Below are positions 20,322-28,617 of a DNA stretch of 64,000 nt, in pieces. How positions within the stretch are numbered: the stretch's first letter is position 1; each line of letters opens with the position of its first letter. The notes beneath the pieces are model-generated. The model was not told the origin of the DNA, searched no databases, and saw nothing but the letters and a program-made list of their open reading frames with translations. Both the position numbers and the translations under genes were made by a program. This DNA comes from Methylocystis sp. (GTDB lineage: Bacteria; Pseudomonadota; Alphaproteobacteria; Rhizobiales; Beijerinckiaceae): the NCBI GenBank assembly GCA_051061385.1, contig JBPFDX010000094.1, positions 7,252 to 71,251 of the forward strand. Reading direction: 5' to 3'.

Positions 20322-20352
20322 ATGCAGAAAACGTAAATTAGCAATAGCGAAT
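20322..20352. promoter_or_regulatory. Putative SqrR/BigR tandem operator A
   Basis: ATGC-N8-TAAATTA-N8-GAAT, 13 bp upstream of the RND adaptor start. Confidence 0.65.
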
Positions 20353-20413
20353 TTAAGATCAGGAAAGGAAAGGACAGGGCGGCGCGGCGCCGCCCGACTT
20401 TCCTTCAGTGGCG

Positions 20414-20650
20414 TCAGCCCCAGAGATTGCACCAGCCGCGCGCGCTGACGGGCCCGCTCACCACGCCGCAGCCCGATGGCGGGTTGAACCAGGAGCAGTT
20501 GGCGCAGCTTTGCCGGCCGTTCGGCGCGCCGCGATAGTCGGCCGCCGATTTGCTCGACTTCGCTTGCGCCGTCGTCGCAGAAAGTCCAGCGGCGGCCGCG
20601 CCCAACAACAACATCAAGGAGCGGCGCGTCGGCGCGCGAAATTCCACCAT
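20414..20650 (-). CDS. High-potential iron-sulfur protein (HiPIP) with Tat signal
   Basis: TRRSLML twin-Arg motif; CANC-x8-C-x12-C with GWC; GGGAGG RBS. Confidence 0.88.
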   Translation of the reverse strand: MVEFRAPTRRSLMLLLGAAAAGLSATTAQAKSSKSAADYRGAPNGRQSCANCSWFNPPSGCGVVSGPVSARGWCNLWG

Positions 20651-20681
20651 TTCAACCTCCCTTGGCAATTCATCCGTTGCC

Positions 20682-20712
20682 GGACGATTCCATTAAATTA
20701 GATGAACGTAAT
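20682..20712. promoter_or_regulatory. Putative SqrR/BigR operator B (one good half)
   Basis: GGAC-N8-TAAATTA-N8-TAAT upstream of the HiPIP gene. Confidence 0.45.
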
Positions 20713-20774
20713 ATACCGTGTTCGCGCCGGCATGAATGCGACATAACGCTCTTTCACGCCTGCGATACGCTCGC

Positions 20775-20803
20775 TTGACAATTATATTCAATAATCATAA
20801 TTT
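20775..20803 (+). promoter_or_regulatory. Sigma70 promoter of the sqrR operon
   Basis: TTGACA-N17-TAATTT. Confidence 0.6.
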
Positions 20804-20816
20804 AGAAAACATGAAT
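20786..20816. promoter_or_regulatory. Putative SqrR/BigR tandem operator C (autoregulatory)
   Basis: ATTC-N8-TAATTTA-N8-GAAT covering the -10 box and start codon. Confidence 0.7.
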
Positions 20817-21170
20817 GTAAAAGCGATTGAGCTCGCGCCGAAAGCTGCGGAGGCCGAGAGCTTTCTAAAGGCTCTGGCCAACCGTCATCGGCTGATGGTG
20901 CTGTGCCAGCTCCACGCGGGCGAGCTGTCGGTGACAAAGCTGCAGGAGGCGATCGGGCTGAGCCAATCGTCGCTGTCGCAGCATCTCGCGCGGCTGCGCG
21001 AGGACAAGCTCGTCAAGACCCGCCGCGAATCCCAGACGATCTACTATTCCCTGGCCGACGGTAACGTCTCACGAATCATCGGACTGCTTTACGAGATGTT
21101 TTGCGCCGAGGAGTGCGGCAAGCCGGCCAAACCGCGCGCGCGCGCAAAATCAAAGGAACTCACGTCATGA
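20811..21170 (+). CDS. sqrR: ArsR-family persulfide-sensing repressor (SqrR/BigR type)
   Basis: LKALANRHRLMVLC (helix-2 Cys), SQSSLSQHLARLR, LYEMFC (helix-5 Cys). Confidence 0.85.
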   Translation: MNVKAIELAPKAAEAESFLKALANRHRLMVLCQLHAGELSVTKLQEAIGLSQSSLSQHLARLREDKLVKTRRESQTIYYSLADGNVSRIIGLLYEMFCAEECGKPAKPRARAKSKELTS

Positions 21171-21367
21171 GCATTGATCGCATCGTTATGGCCTTCGCAG
21201 GCGCCATGATCCTTTTGAGCCTGCTCCTGGCGCAGTTGTTCAGCCCATGGTGGCTCTTGCTTACGGCTTTCGTCGGCGTCAATCTGCTGCAGGCGGCGTT
21301 TACCGGACTCTGCCCGTTAGCGATGGCGCTGAAACGGTTCGGCGCCAGATCAGGCGCCGCTTTCTAG
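21167..21367 (+). CDS. DUF2892 (YgaP-like) membrane protein
   Basis: FVGVNLLQAAFTGLCP motif; ATGA overlap with sqrR. Confidence 0.88.
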   Translation: MSIDRIVMAFAGAMILLSLLLAQLFSPWWLLLTAFVGVNLLQAAFTGLCPLAMALKRFGARSGAAF

Positions 21368-21443
21368 GATTCATCAGCGTGTGCGCACAGGGCGCAGCGC
21401 GCACTTGGCTGGGCCTTTGATCGTTAGCGACGAAGAGCAGACG

Positions 21444-22112
21444 ATGCCTTTCGATTGGGTCGACGAAACGCCGTCCTTGCGCAGCCTCGACGCCGCGACG
21501 AAGACCCTTCTGCGCGACTCCGCCGTTCGCAAGCAAATCCCGCGCGGCGCCGTGCTGTTTCGGCCGGGCGACCAATGCGCGCAGTTCCCGCTGATCGTCT
21601 CGGGCACTGTGCGCGTGCAGCGGGTGACCGAGTCGGGCAGGGAAATCGTGCTCTATCGAGTCGGCGAGAATGAAACCTGCATTCTGACCACGGCGTCGCT
21701 GCTTTCGGACGACGCCTACGCCGCTGAAGGCGTCGCCGAGACTGACGTGATCGCCTATGTCGTCCCCGCCGATCGTTTCAACGCGCTGATGAATGCTTCC
21801 GAAAGCTTTCGCGCGCTGGTGTTCAACGGCTACAGCAAGCGTCTCGCGACCTTGATGTCGCGCATCGAGGAAATCGTCTGCACGCGCATCAATGTTCGTT
21901 TGGCGGAACGCCTTCTCGCGCTGCGCGACGCCGGCGACAAGATCGCCGCCACGCAGCAGGCGCTCGCCGCGGATCTCGGCACGGCGCGCGAAGTCGTCGG
22001 CCGCACGCTGAAAGCGTTCGAGCGTTCTGGCTGGGTAAAATTGTCGCGCGGCGGCGCCGAGATCGTCAATCCCGCGGCGTTGCGTTCGCTGTGCGCCGCA
22101 CAGCGTGACTAA
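21444..22112 (+). CDS. Crp/Fnr-family transcriptional regulator
   Basis: cNMP-like domain (GREIVLYRV, GETCILT) and HTH (TQQALAADLGTAREVVGRTL). Confidence 0.92.
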   Translation: MPFDWVDETPSLRSLDAATKTLLRDSAVRKQIPRGAVLFRPGDQCAQFPLIVSGTVRVQRVTESGREIVLYRVGENETCILTTASLLSDDAYAAEGVAETDVIAYVVPADRFNALMNASESFRALVFNGYSKRLATLMSRIEEIVCTRINVRLAERLLALRDAGDKIAATQQALAADLGTAREVVGRTLKAFERSGWVKLSRGGAEIVNPAALRSLCAAQRD

Positions 22113-22117
22113 GTCGC
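22105..22117. promoter_or_regulatory. Palindromic motif GTGAC-TAA-GTCGC (copy 3 of 4)
   Basis: Centred on the Crp/Fnr stop codon, 90 nt upstream of sqr. Confidence 0.6.
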
Positions 22118-22207
22118 GGACATGCGCGCGACAAGCGTGCATGTCGTGACAAAATGAGCGCAACCGTCAGCGCAAACTTTGTGCGCGCAAGCGCATGGGA
22201 GGATTGA

Positions 22208-23491
22208 ATGGCTCACATCGTTATCATGGGCGCCGGGATCGGCGGCGTCGCCGCCGCGATCGAAGTTCGCGAGGGACTCTCGAAGCAACATCAGGTCACG
22301 GTCGTCTCTGACCTTGAGAATTTTCAGTTCACGCCGTCCAATCCGTGGCTCGCGGTGCAATGGCGCAAGCCCGAGGAGCTCAAGGTTCCGCTCGCGCCGG
22401 TGTTCAAGAAGAAGAACATCGGCTTCATTCCGGTCGGCGCGAAGCGCGTTATGCCCGAAGAGAACCGCCTCGAGCTCGCGAATGGCGAGAGCGTCGCCTA
22501 CGACTATCTCGTCATCGCCACCGGACCGAAGCTCGCGTTCGAAGAATTGCCCGGACTTGGACCTCACGGCGGGCACACGCATTCGATCTGCACGCTGCAG
22601 CATGCCGAGATCGCGTCGAAGGCCTATGAGGAGTTCTGCAAGAATCCCGGCCCGATCATCATCGGCGCGGCGCCCGGCGTCTCATGCTTTGGTCCGGCGT
22701 ATGAATACGCCATGATTCTTTCCACCGATCTGCGTCGCCGCGGCATCCGCGACAAGGTGCCGATGACCTACATCACGTCCGAGCCCTATATTGGGCATCT
22801 TGGTTTGGGCGGCGTCGGCGACACCAAGGGTATGCTCGAATCGGCGTTCCGCGACCGCGACATCAAATGGATCGTCAACGCCAAGACGACCGCGATCGAA
22901 CCCGGGCTGCTCAAATGCGCCGAGCTCGACGACCAGGGGCAGGTCAAGAAGGAGCACGAAGTGCCCTTCAAATTCGCCATGGTGATGCCCGCCTTCAAAG
23001 GCGTCGATGCGCTGATGGGCGTCGAGGGGCTGGTCAATCCTCGCGGCTTCGTCATCATCGACAAGAATCAGCGCAATCCGAAATATCCGAATGTGTTCGG
23101 CGTCGGCGTCTGCGTCGCGATCCCGCCCGTCGAGGCGACGCCGGTGCCCACCGGCACGCCGAAGACCGGCTATATGATCGAGTCCATGGTGACCGCCACG
23201 GCGCATAACATCGCCGCGCTGATCGCCGGGCGTGAAGCCAAGGAAGAAGGCACGTGGAACGCGGTTTGCTTGGCGGATTTCGGCGACAAGGGCGTCGCCT
23301 TCGTCGCCAAACCGCAGATTCCGCCGCGTAACGTCAATTGGTCAAGCGAAGGGCGTTGGGTGCATCTCGCGAAGATCGCCTATGAGAAATACTTCCTTCG
23401 CAAGGTTCGTAAGGGGCAGAGCGAGCCTGTATATGAGCGGTACATCATGAAGCTGCTCGGCATCGAACGACTGCGCCGCGCTCTGTCATAA
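22208..23491 (+). CDS. sqr: Sulfide:quinone oxidoreductase, type I (SqrA-like)
   Basis: GAGIGG FAD motif, FTPSNPW, SICT, SCFGPAYE, CVAIPP...PKTGYMIESM, AVCLADFG (three conserved Cys). Confidence 0.93.
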   Translation: MAHIVIMGAGIGGVAAAIEVREGLSKQHQVTVVSDLENFQFTPSNPWLAVQWRKPEELKVPLAPVFKKKNIGFIPVGAKRVMPEENRLELANGESVAYDYLVIATGPKLAFEELPGLGPHGGHTHSICTLQHAEIASKAYEEFCKNPGPIIIGAAPGVSCFGPAYEYAMILSTDLRRRGIRDKVPMTYITSEPYIGHLGLGGVGDTKGMLESAFRDRDIKWIVNAKTTAIEPGLLKCAELDDQGQVKKEHEVPFKFAMVMPAFKGVDALMGVEGLVNPRGFVIIDKNQRNPKYPNVFGVGVCVAIPPVEATPVPTGTPKTGYMIESMVTATAHNIAALIAGREAKEEGTWNAVCLADFGDKGVAFVAKPQIPPRNVNWSSEGRWVHLAKIAYEKYFLRKVRKGQSEPVYERYIMKLLGIERLRRALS

Positions 23492-23528
23492 CAGGGCCCC
23501 GCCGCCATGCAATGCTGGAGGAGAGTCG

Positions 23529-23687
23529 ATGCGGACTAGGCCGTTAAGGCGCGAGATCCTCCTCGCGCTGGCGTTTAAATTGCTGGCGCTCATCGCGCTC
23601 TACGTCCTGTTTTTCGGCCCCGCGCATCGTATCAAGGTGACGCCGGCGCAGATGGCGGAAGCGCTTTCCGCCGCCGCGCCGCGCTGA
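23529..23687 (+). CDS. cydP: Cytochrome bd small subunit CydP-like, 52 aa (not in ORF track)
   Basis: MRTRPLRREILLALAFKLLALIALYVLFFGP; GGAGGAG RBS; directly precedes cydA. Confidence 0.75.
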   Translation: MRTRPLRREILLALAFKLLALIALYVLFFGPAHRIKVTPAQMAEALSAAAPR

Positions 23688-23720
23688 CGCCCGTCAGCTG
23701 ACTTCTGTCAGGAGCCCAAT

Positions 23721-25295
23721 ATGTTCGAACTCGACGTCGTCACCCTCTCGCGCCTGCAATTTGCGCTGACGGCGCTGTATCACTTCCTCTTCGTGCCGCT
23801 GACGCTGGGTCTCGCGCTGCTGCTCGCGATCATGGAAAGCGTCTATGTGATGACGGGTCGAACCGTCTGGCGCGATGCGACGCAGTTCTGGGGCACGCTG
23901 TTTGGCATCAACTTCGCCATGGGCGTCGCCACCGGCGTCACGATGGAGTTCCAGTTCGGCACCAACTGGGCCTATTACTCGCATTACGTCGGCGACATCT
24001 TCGGCGCGCCGCTCGCCATCGAGGGCCTGATGGCCTTCTTCCTCGAGGCGACCTTCGTCGGCCTGTTCTTCTTTGGCTGGAAACGACTGAGCAAGGTGCA
24101 GCATCTCGCTGTCACCTGGCTCGTCGCGCTCGGCGCCAATTTCTCGGCGCTGTGGATTCTCGTCGCGAACGCCTGGATGCAGAATCCGGTCGGCGCGGCG
24201 TTCAATCCACAGACGATGCGCATGGAGCTGACGTCCTTCACCGAGGTGCTGTTCAATCCCGTGGCGCAATCGAAATTCGTGCACACGGTGAGCGCCGGCT
24301 ATGTCACGGGCGCGATGTTCGTCATGTCGATTGGCGCCTATTTCCTTTTGAACCGCCGCCACGTCGACATCGCCCGCCGCTCGCTGACGGTGGCGGCGAG
24401 CTTCGGGCTCGCCTCAGCGCTTTCGGTCGTCGTGCTCGGCGATGAGAGCGGCTATACGGCGGGCGAGAACCAGAAGATGAAGATCGCCGCGATCGAGGCC
24501 ATGTGGGAGACGGAGCCGCCGCCCGCGTCTTTCACGCTCTTTGGTTTCCCCGATCTCAAGAGCGAAACGACGAAAGACGAGATCAGAATACCGTGGATCC
24601 TGGGGCTGATCGCCACACGCTCGCTCGATAAGCCCGTCGAAGGCGTGAAGGCGCTCGTCCAACGTTCCGAGGAGCGTATCCGCAACGGCATGGCCGGCTA
24701 TCAGTGGCTCGCGAAGGAAGGCGGCCATCCGAACGCCGTCGTTCCGCCGGAACTCGAGGCGTCGATGCGCGACGTCGGCCATTCGCTGCTCGTCAAGCGC
24801 ATCCGGCCGGACATCGAGAACGCCACCGACGCGCAGATCCACGAAGCGGCGATGTCGACGATCCCCGACGTGCCGGTGTTGTTCTGGTCGTTCCGAATCA
24901 TGGTGGCGCTGGGCTTCTATTTCATCGCGCTCTTCGCCATCGCGTTTTATCTGTCGAGCCGGCGACGCTGCGGCAGGCCCTGGTTCCTGCGCATGGTCAT
25001 GTATAGCCTGCCCTTGCCCTGGGTCGCCGCCGAACTCGGTTGGATCGTCGCTGAATACGGCCGGCAGCCGTGGATCATCGACGGAACGATGCCGACATTC
25101 CTCGGCGTCTCGAACATCCCTGCATCGAATGTCGCGGCGAGCCTCGCGGCCTTCGTGCTGTTCTACAGCGCGCTCGCCATTATCGATGTCGCGCTCATCG
25201 TCAAATATGTGCGCATCGGACCGCGTTCGGAGGCTGAGCCCCAGACCACCGGCGCGCCGGTGCTCCCCGCGCCTGCGCCGGCGCAAACGCGATAG
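23721..25295 (+). CDS. cydA: Cytochrome bd ubiquinol oxidase subunit I
   Basis: ALYHFLFVP heme His, FQFGTNW, QKMKIAAIEAMW Q-loop, EYGRQPW. Confidence 0.97.
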   Translation: MFELDVVTLSRLQFALTALYHFLFVPLTLGLALLLAIMESVYVMTGRTVWRDATQFWGTLFGINFAMGVATGVTMEFQFGTNWAYYSHYVGDIFGAPLAIEGLMAFFLEATFVGLFFFGWKRLSKVQHLAVTWLVALGANFSALWILVANAWMQNPVGAAFNPQTMRMELTSFTEVLFNPVAQSKFVHTVSAGYVTGAMFVMSIGAYFLLNRRHVDIARRSLTVAASFGLASALSVVVLGDESGYTAGENQKMKIAAIEAMWETEPPPASFTLFGFPDLKSETTKDEIRIPWILGLIATRSLDKPVEGVKALVQRSEERIRNGMAGYQWLAKEGGHPNAVVPPELEASMRDVGHSLLVKRIRPDIENATDAQIHEAAMSTIPDVPVLFWSFRIMVALGFYFIALFAIAFYLSSRRRCGRPWFLRMVMYSLPLPWVAAELGWIVAEYGRQPWIIDGTMPTFLGVSNIPASNVAASLAAFVLFYSALAIIDVALIVKYVRIGPRSEAEPQTTGAPVLPAPAPAQTR

Positions 25296-25309
25296 GAAAG
25301 GCGACAGCG

Positions 25310-26449
25310 ATGTTCGACTATATGACGCTTCGCCTCATCTGGTGGGCGCTGCTGGGCGTTCTGCTCGTAGGCTTCGCCGTCCTCGACGGTTTCGACATCG
25401 GCGTCGCCATGCTGCATCCCTTCGTCGCCCGCAACGACACGCAGCGGCGCGTGACGCTCAATACGATCGGCCCCGTGTGGGAAGGCAATCAGGTCTGGTT
25501 CATCCTCGGCGGCGGCGCCGCCTTCGCGGCCTGGCCGCCGCTTTACGCGGTGTCCTTCTCCGGCTTCTACCTCGCGATGCTGCTGGTGCTGATCGGCCTC
25601 ATTTTGCGGCCGGTGGCGATCACCTTCCGCGACAAAAGACCGGAGAGCGGCTGGCGCGAGACCTGGGACTGGCTCTTCTTCGCTTCGGGCGCCGTGCCCG
25701 CGCTGATCTTCGGCGTCGCCTTCGGCAATCTTCTGCAGGGCGTTCCCTTTCATTTCGATCAGCAGCTGCGCGCCACTTATGAGGGCGGCCTCCTCGGCCT
25801 GCTCAACCCCTTCGCCTTGCTCTGCGGCCTCGTCAGCGTGACGATGCTCGCGATGCAGGGCGCCGCCTGGCTGAGCGTGAAGAGCGAGGGCGAGGTCGCC
25901 GTCCGAGCCCGGCGATATGGCGCCGTCGCGGCGATCCTGCTGGTTCTGCTCATCTCCGGCGCCGGAATTTGGACGATGCTCGGGGTGGAGGGATTCCGGA
26001 TAGACGGCGTCATCGAACATGCCGGCCCGTCCAATCCGCTCGCCAAGACGGTGACGCGAGAAACTGGCGCCTGGTTCGATAATTACCGGGCCTACCCCTG
26101 GATGATCGCGGCCCCGGCCGCCGCCTACATCGGCGCTCTGATCGCGGCGCTGGCCCTCGCGCTTTCGGCGAGAAGGATCGCGCTTCTCGCCAGCAGCCTT
26201 TCGGTTGCGGGGGTTGCGACCATGGCGGGCTTCAGCATGTTCCCGTTCCTGCTGCCGTCGTCGACTCACCCGAGCCAGAGCCTGACGGTCTGGGACGCTT
26301 CGTCGAGCAAAGCGACGCTCTCGCTGATGCTCGTCGCGGTGATCGTCTTTCTGCCGATCGTTCTTACCTACACGAGCTGGGTCTACTACGTGCTGCGCGG
26401 CGCCGTCAGCGAGGCGGCGATCCGTCGCGGCGACGACTATTATTATTGA
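25310..26449 (+). CDS. cydB: Cytochrome bd ubiquinol oxidase subunit II
   Basis: LDGFDIG, IGPVWEGNQVW, SLTVWDASSS. Confidence 0.97.
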   Translation: MFDYMTLRLIWWALLGVLLVGFAVLDGFDIGVAMLHPFVARNDTQRRVTLNTIGPVWEGNQVWFILGGGAAFAAWPPLYAVSFSGFYLAMLLVLIGLILRPVAITFRDKRPESGWRETWDWLFFASGAVPALIFGVAFGNLLQGVPFHFDQQLRATYEGGLLGLLNPFALLCGLVSVTMLAMQGAAWLSVKSEGEVAVRARRYGAVAAILLVLLISGAGIWTMLGVEGFRIDGVIEHAGPSNPLAKTVTRETGAWFDNYRAYPWMIAAPAAAYIGALIAALALALSARRIALLASSLSVAGVATMAGFSMFPFLLPSSTHPSQSLTVWDASSSKATLSLMLVAVIVFLPIVLTYTSWVYYVLRGAVSEAAIRRGDDYYY

Positions 26450-26466
26450 GCGGGAGAACACGAAGC

Positions 26467-26574
26467 ATGTGGTATTTTTCCTGGATATTGGGTCTGGGGC
26501 TCGCCTGCGCCTTCGCCATTCTCAACGCCATGTGGCTTGAGCTAGATGACGACGACGAGCGGCGGAAGAAATAG
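26467..26574 (+). CDS. cydX: Cytochrome bd small subunit CydX, 35 aa (not in ORF track)
   Basis: MWYFSWILGLGLACAFAILNAMWLE. Confidence 0.92.
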   Translation: MWYFSWILGLGLACAFAILNAMWLELDDDDERRKK

Positions 26575-26588
26575 GCGGCTCCCGGAGC

Positions 26589-26601
26589 GAGACATAGTCG
26601 C
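26589..26601. promoter_or_regulatory. Palindromic motif GAGAC-ATA-GTCGC (copy 4 of 4)
   Basis: Intergenic, 61 nt upstream of the second DUF2892 gene. Confidence 0.5.
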
Positions 26602-26662
26602 TGAGCGATATTGCGCGACGCGATAGGCTCGCATCGTAACCCGTCGCGGGAAGGAGACAGTC

Positions 26663-26848
26663 ATGGAAGCCAATATTGGAAGGACCGATCGCATCATCCG
26701 GATCGTCGTCGGTCTCTTGTTGCTCAGTCTCGTTTTCATCGGGCCGCAGACCTTATGGGGGCTCGTCGGCCTTATCCCGCTGACGACGGCGTTCGTGAAC
26801 TTCTGCCCCGCCTATAAGCTGCTCGGCATGGATACGCTCGGCAAATAG
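26663..26848 (+). CDS. DUF2892 (YgaP-like) membrane protein
   Basis: NIGRTDRIIRIVVG...FCPAYKLLG; GGAG RBS. Confidence 0.88.
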   Translation: MEANIGRTDRIIRIVVGLLLLSLVFIGPQTLWGLVGLIPLTTAFVNFCPAYKLLGMDTLGK

Positions 26849-26936
26849 TCGGCGCGCGCGGGAATACGCAAAGACGGTCGACGCTTGGGGGCGCCGACCG
26901 CTGTAAGACGCTGAGCGGCGAAGCGTTCCACGTTAA

Positions 26937-28553
26937 ATGCACGAAACGGCGATCACCTTTCACGCCCGCGGCATGCATTGTCACGGCTGCGAACATGTCA
27001 TCGAAGCGGCGATCAAGAAGCTCGCCGGCGTGCGCAGCGTCTCGGCGAGCTATCCGACGGAAACGGTCGTCGTCGACTATGACGCTGACGCCACGAATTT
27101 CCGCGCGATCCGCGAAAGGGTCGAGCAGAACGGCTACCGCGTCGTTCTAACCGAGGAGGCGAAGCGCCGCCGTTCGCCGCTCGTGCGACTGGCGATCATC
27201 GTCGCGGCGCTCGCCGGGCTCGCCGGTTTGATTCTCTTCGATACGCGCTGGATCAGCGCCGAGGGCGAACCCGACATCGCCCAGCATATGAGTCTCGGCC
27301 TTCTGTTCCTGCTGGGGCTCCTGACAGGCTTCCACTGCGTCGGCATGTGCGGCGCTTTCGTCGTGAGCTATGCGGCGGCCGATGCGCGCGCCGGACGCTC
27401 GTCCTTCGTGTCGCACCTCGCCTATGGCGCCGGAAAGACGCTGTCCTACACGGCGATCGGCGCAGCCTTCGGCTGGCTCGGCGCTTTCATCGCCTTCACG
27501 CCGATGCTGCGCGGCGTCGCCGGAGTCGCCGCAGGCGCGTTCCTCATCATCTTCGGCCTCAACATGCTTGGGCTCTTCGCGCCGCTGCGCCGCTTCCGGC
27601 TCGGCCTGCCGGGGCCGCTGCAGAACTGGGTCAATCGCGAGGCCGGCGGCGCGCGCCATCGGCCGTTCGTGATCGGCCTTCTCAACGGGCTGATGATCGC
27701 CTGCGGTCCGTTGCAGGCGATGTATGTGATGGCGGCGGGGACAGGCAGCCCCATCGAAGGCGCGAAGACGCTCTTCGTCTTCGGCCTTGGAACCTTGCCG
27801 GTGATGCTCGCCTTCGGCGCGCTGACGACGGTGCTTTCGGGCGCCGTCACCCATCGATTGCTGACGGCCTCTGGCGTGATCGTCGTCGCGCTCGGCGCGG
27901 TGATGATCAATCGTGGTCTCATTCTCACGGGTTCAGGCGCCGATCTCGCGTCGGTGATGACCAGCTGGCGGCATTCGGCGCCCGTTGAACTTGCGCAGAC
28001 GTCGCAGGATGCGACTGTCGCGCCGCAAACGCAAACAATCGAGATGGAAGCCAATGGGCTGGGATTCACGCCGAGCCGCTTCACGCTTCTGCGCGGCGTG
28101 CCGGTCAAATGGGTGATCAACGCCACGGAAGTGACGACCTGCAACAATCGAATCGTCGTTCCATCGATGAACCTCGAATTCGACGTCAAACCGGGGCGGC
28201 AGACGATCGAGTTCACGCCCGAGAAAACCGGCGTCATTCCGTGGAGCTGCTGGATGGGCATGTTGCGCGGCGAGTTTGTCGTCGTAGACGCGAAGTCCGG
28301 GCAGGCCTCGCAGCCTGCACAGCCAGCCGCGCCCGCTTCGGACGTTCAGGCCACGCCTGGGGCGACGCCGAGCGCCCCGCCAGCCGCAAAGACCTACACG
28401 GCGCGCCGCGGCGACACGCTGCGTTCGATCGCGAAGCGACTCTATGGCGACGAAAAGCGCTGGCGCGACATTGCCGCCGCCAACCCTGCGCTGAATCCCA
28501 AGAAGCTGCGGCAAGGACAAATCATCAATTTGCCAGTCATCGCGCAGCCGTGA
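26937..28553 (+). CDS. Fusion protein: HMA domain + DsbD_2/TauE-like membrane domain + cupredoxin + LysM
   Basis: GMHCHGC; GFHCVGMCG and ACGPLQAMY; TCNNRI...WSCWMGM; YTARRGDTLRSIAKRLYG...ANP...LRQGQIINLP. Confidence 0.85.
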   Translation: MHETAITFHARGMHCHGCEHVIEAAIKKLAGVRSVSASYPTETVVVDYDADATNFRAIRERVEQNGYRVVLTEEAKRRRSPLVRLAIIVAALAGLAGLILFDTRWISAEGEPDIAQHMSLGLLFLLGLLTGFHCVGMCGAFVVSYAAADARAGRSSFVSHLAYGAGKTLSYTAIGAAFGWLGAFIAFTPMLRGVAGVAAGAFLIIFGLNMLGLFAPLRRFRLGLPGPLQNWVNREAGGARHRPFVIGLLNGLMIACGPLQAMYVMAAGTGSPIEGAKTLFVFGLGTLPVMLAFGALTTVLSGAVTHRLLTASGVIVVALGAVMINRGLILTGSGADLASVMTSWRHSAPVELAQTSQDATVAPQTQTIEMEANGLGFTPSRFTLLRGVPVKWVINATEVTTCNNRIVVPSMNLEFDVKPGRQTIEFTPEKTGVIPWSCWMGMLRGEFVVVDAKSGQASQPAQPAAPASDVQATPGATPSAPPAAKTYTARRGDTLRSIAKRLYGDEKRWRDIAAANPALNPKKLRQGQIINLPVIAQP

Positions 28554-28617
28554 CGATTCGTCTCGTTCGCGACGCCACGTTGCGCGCTACGCTAGTCTTG
28601 GAACAGAGGGGGAGGCC

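Noticed and set aside
23684-23711. Two tandem CTGAC-N4-GTCAG palindromes between cydP and cydA
   Set aside because: Spacing differs from the four-copy motif, seen at this locus only, and overlaps a stop codon and RBS region; may be chance
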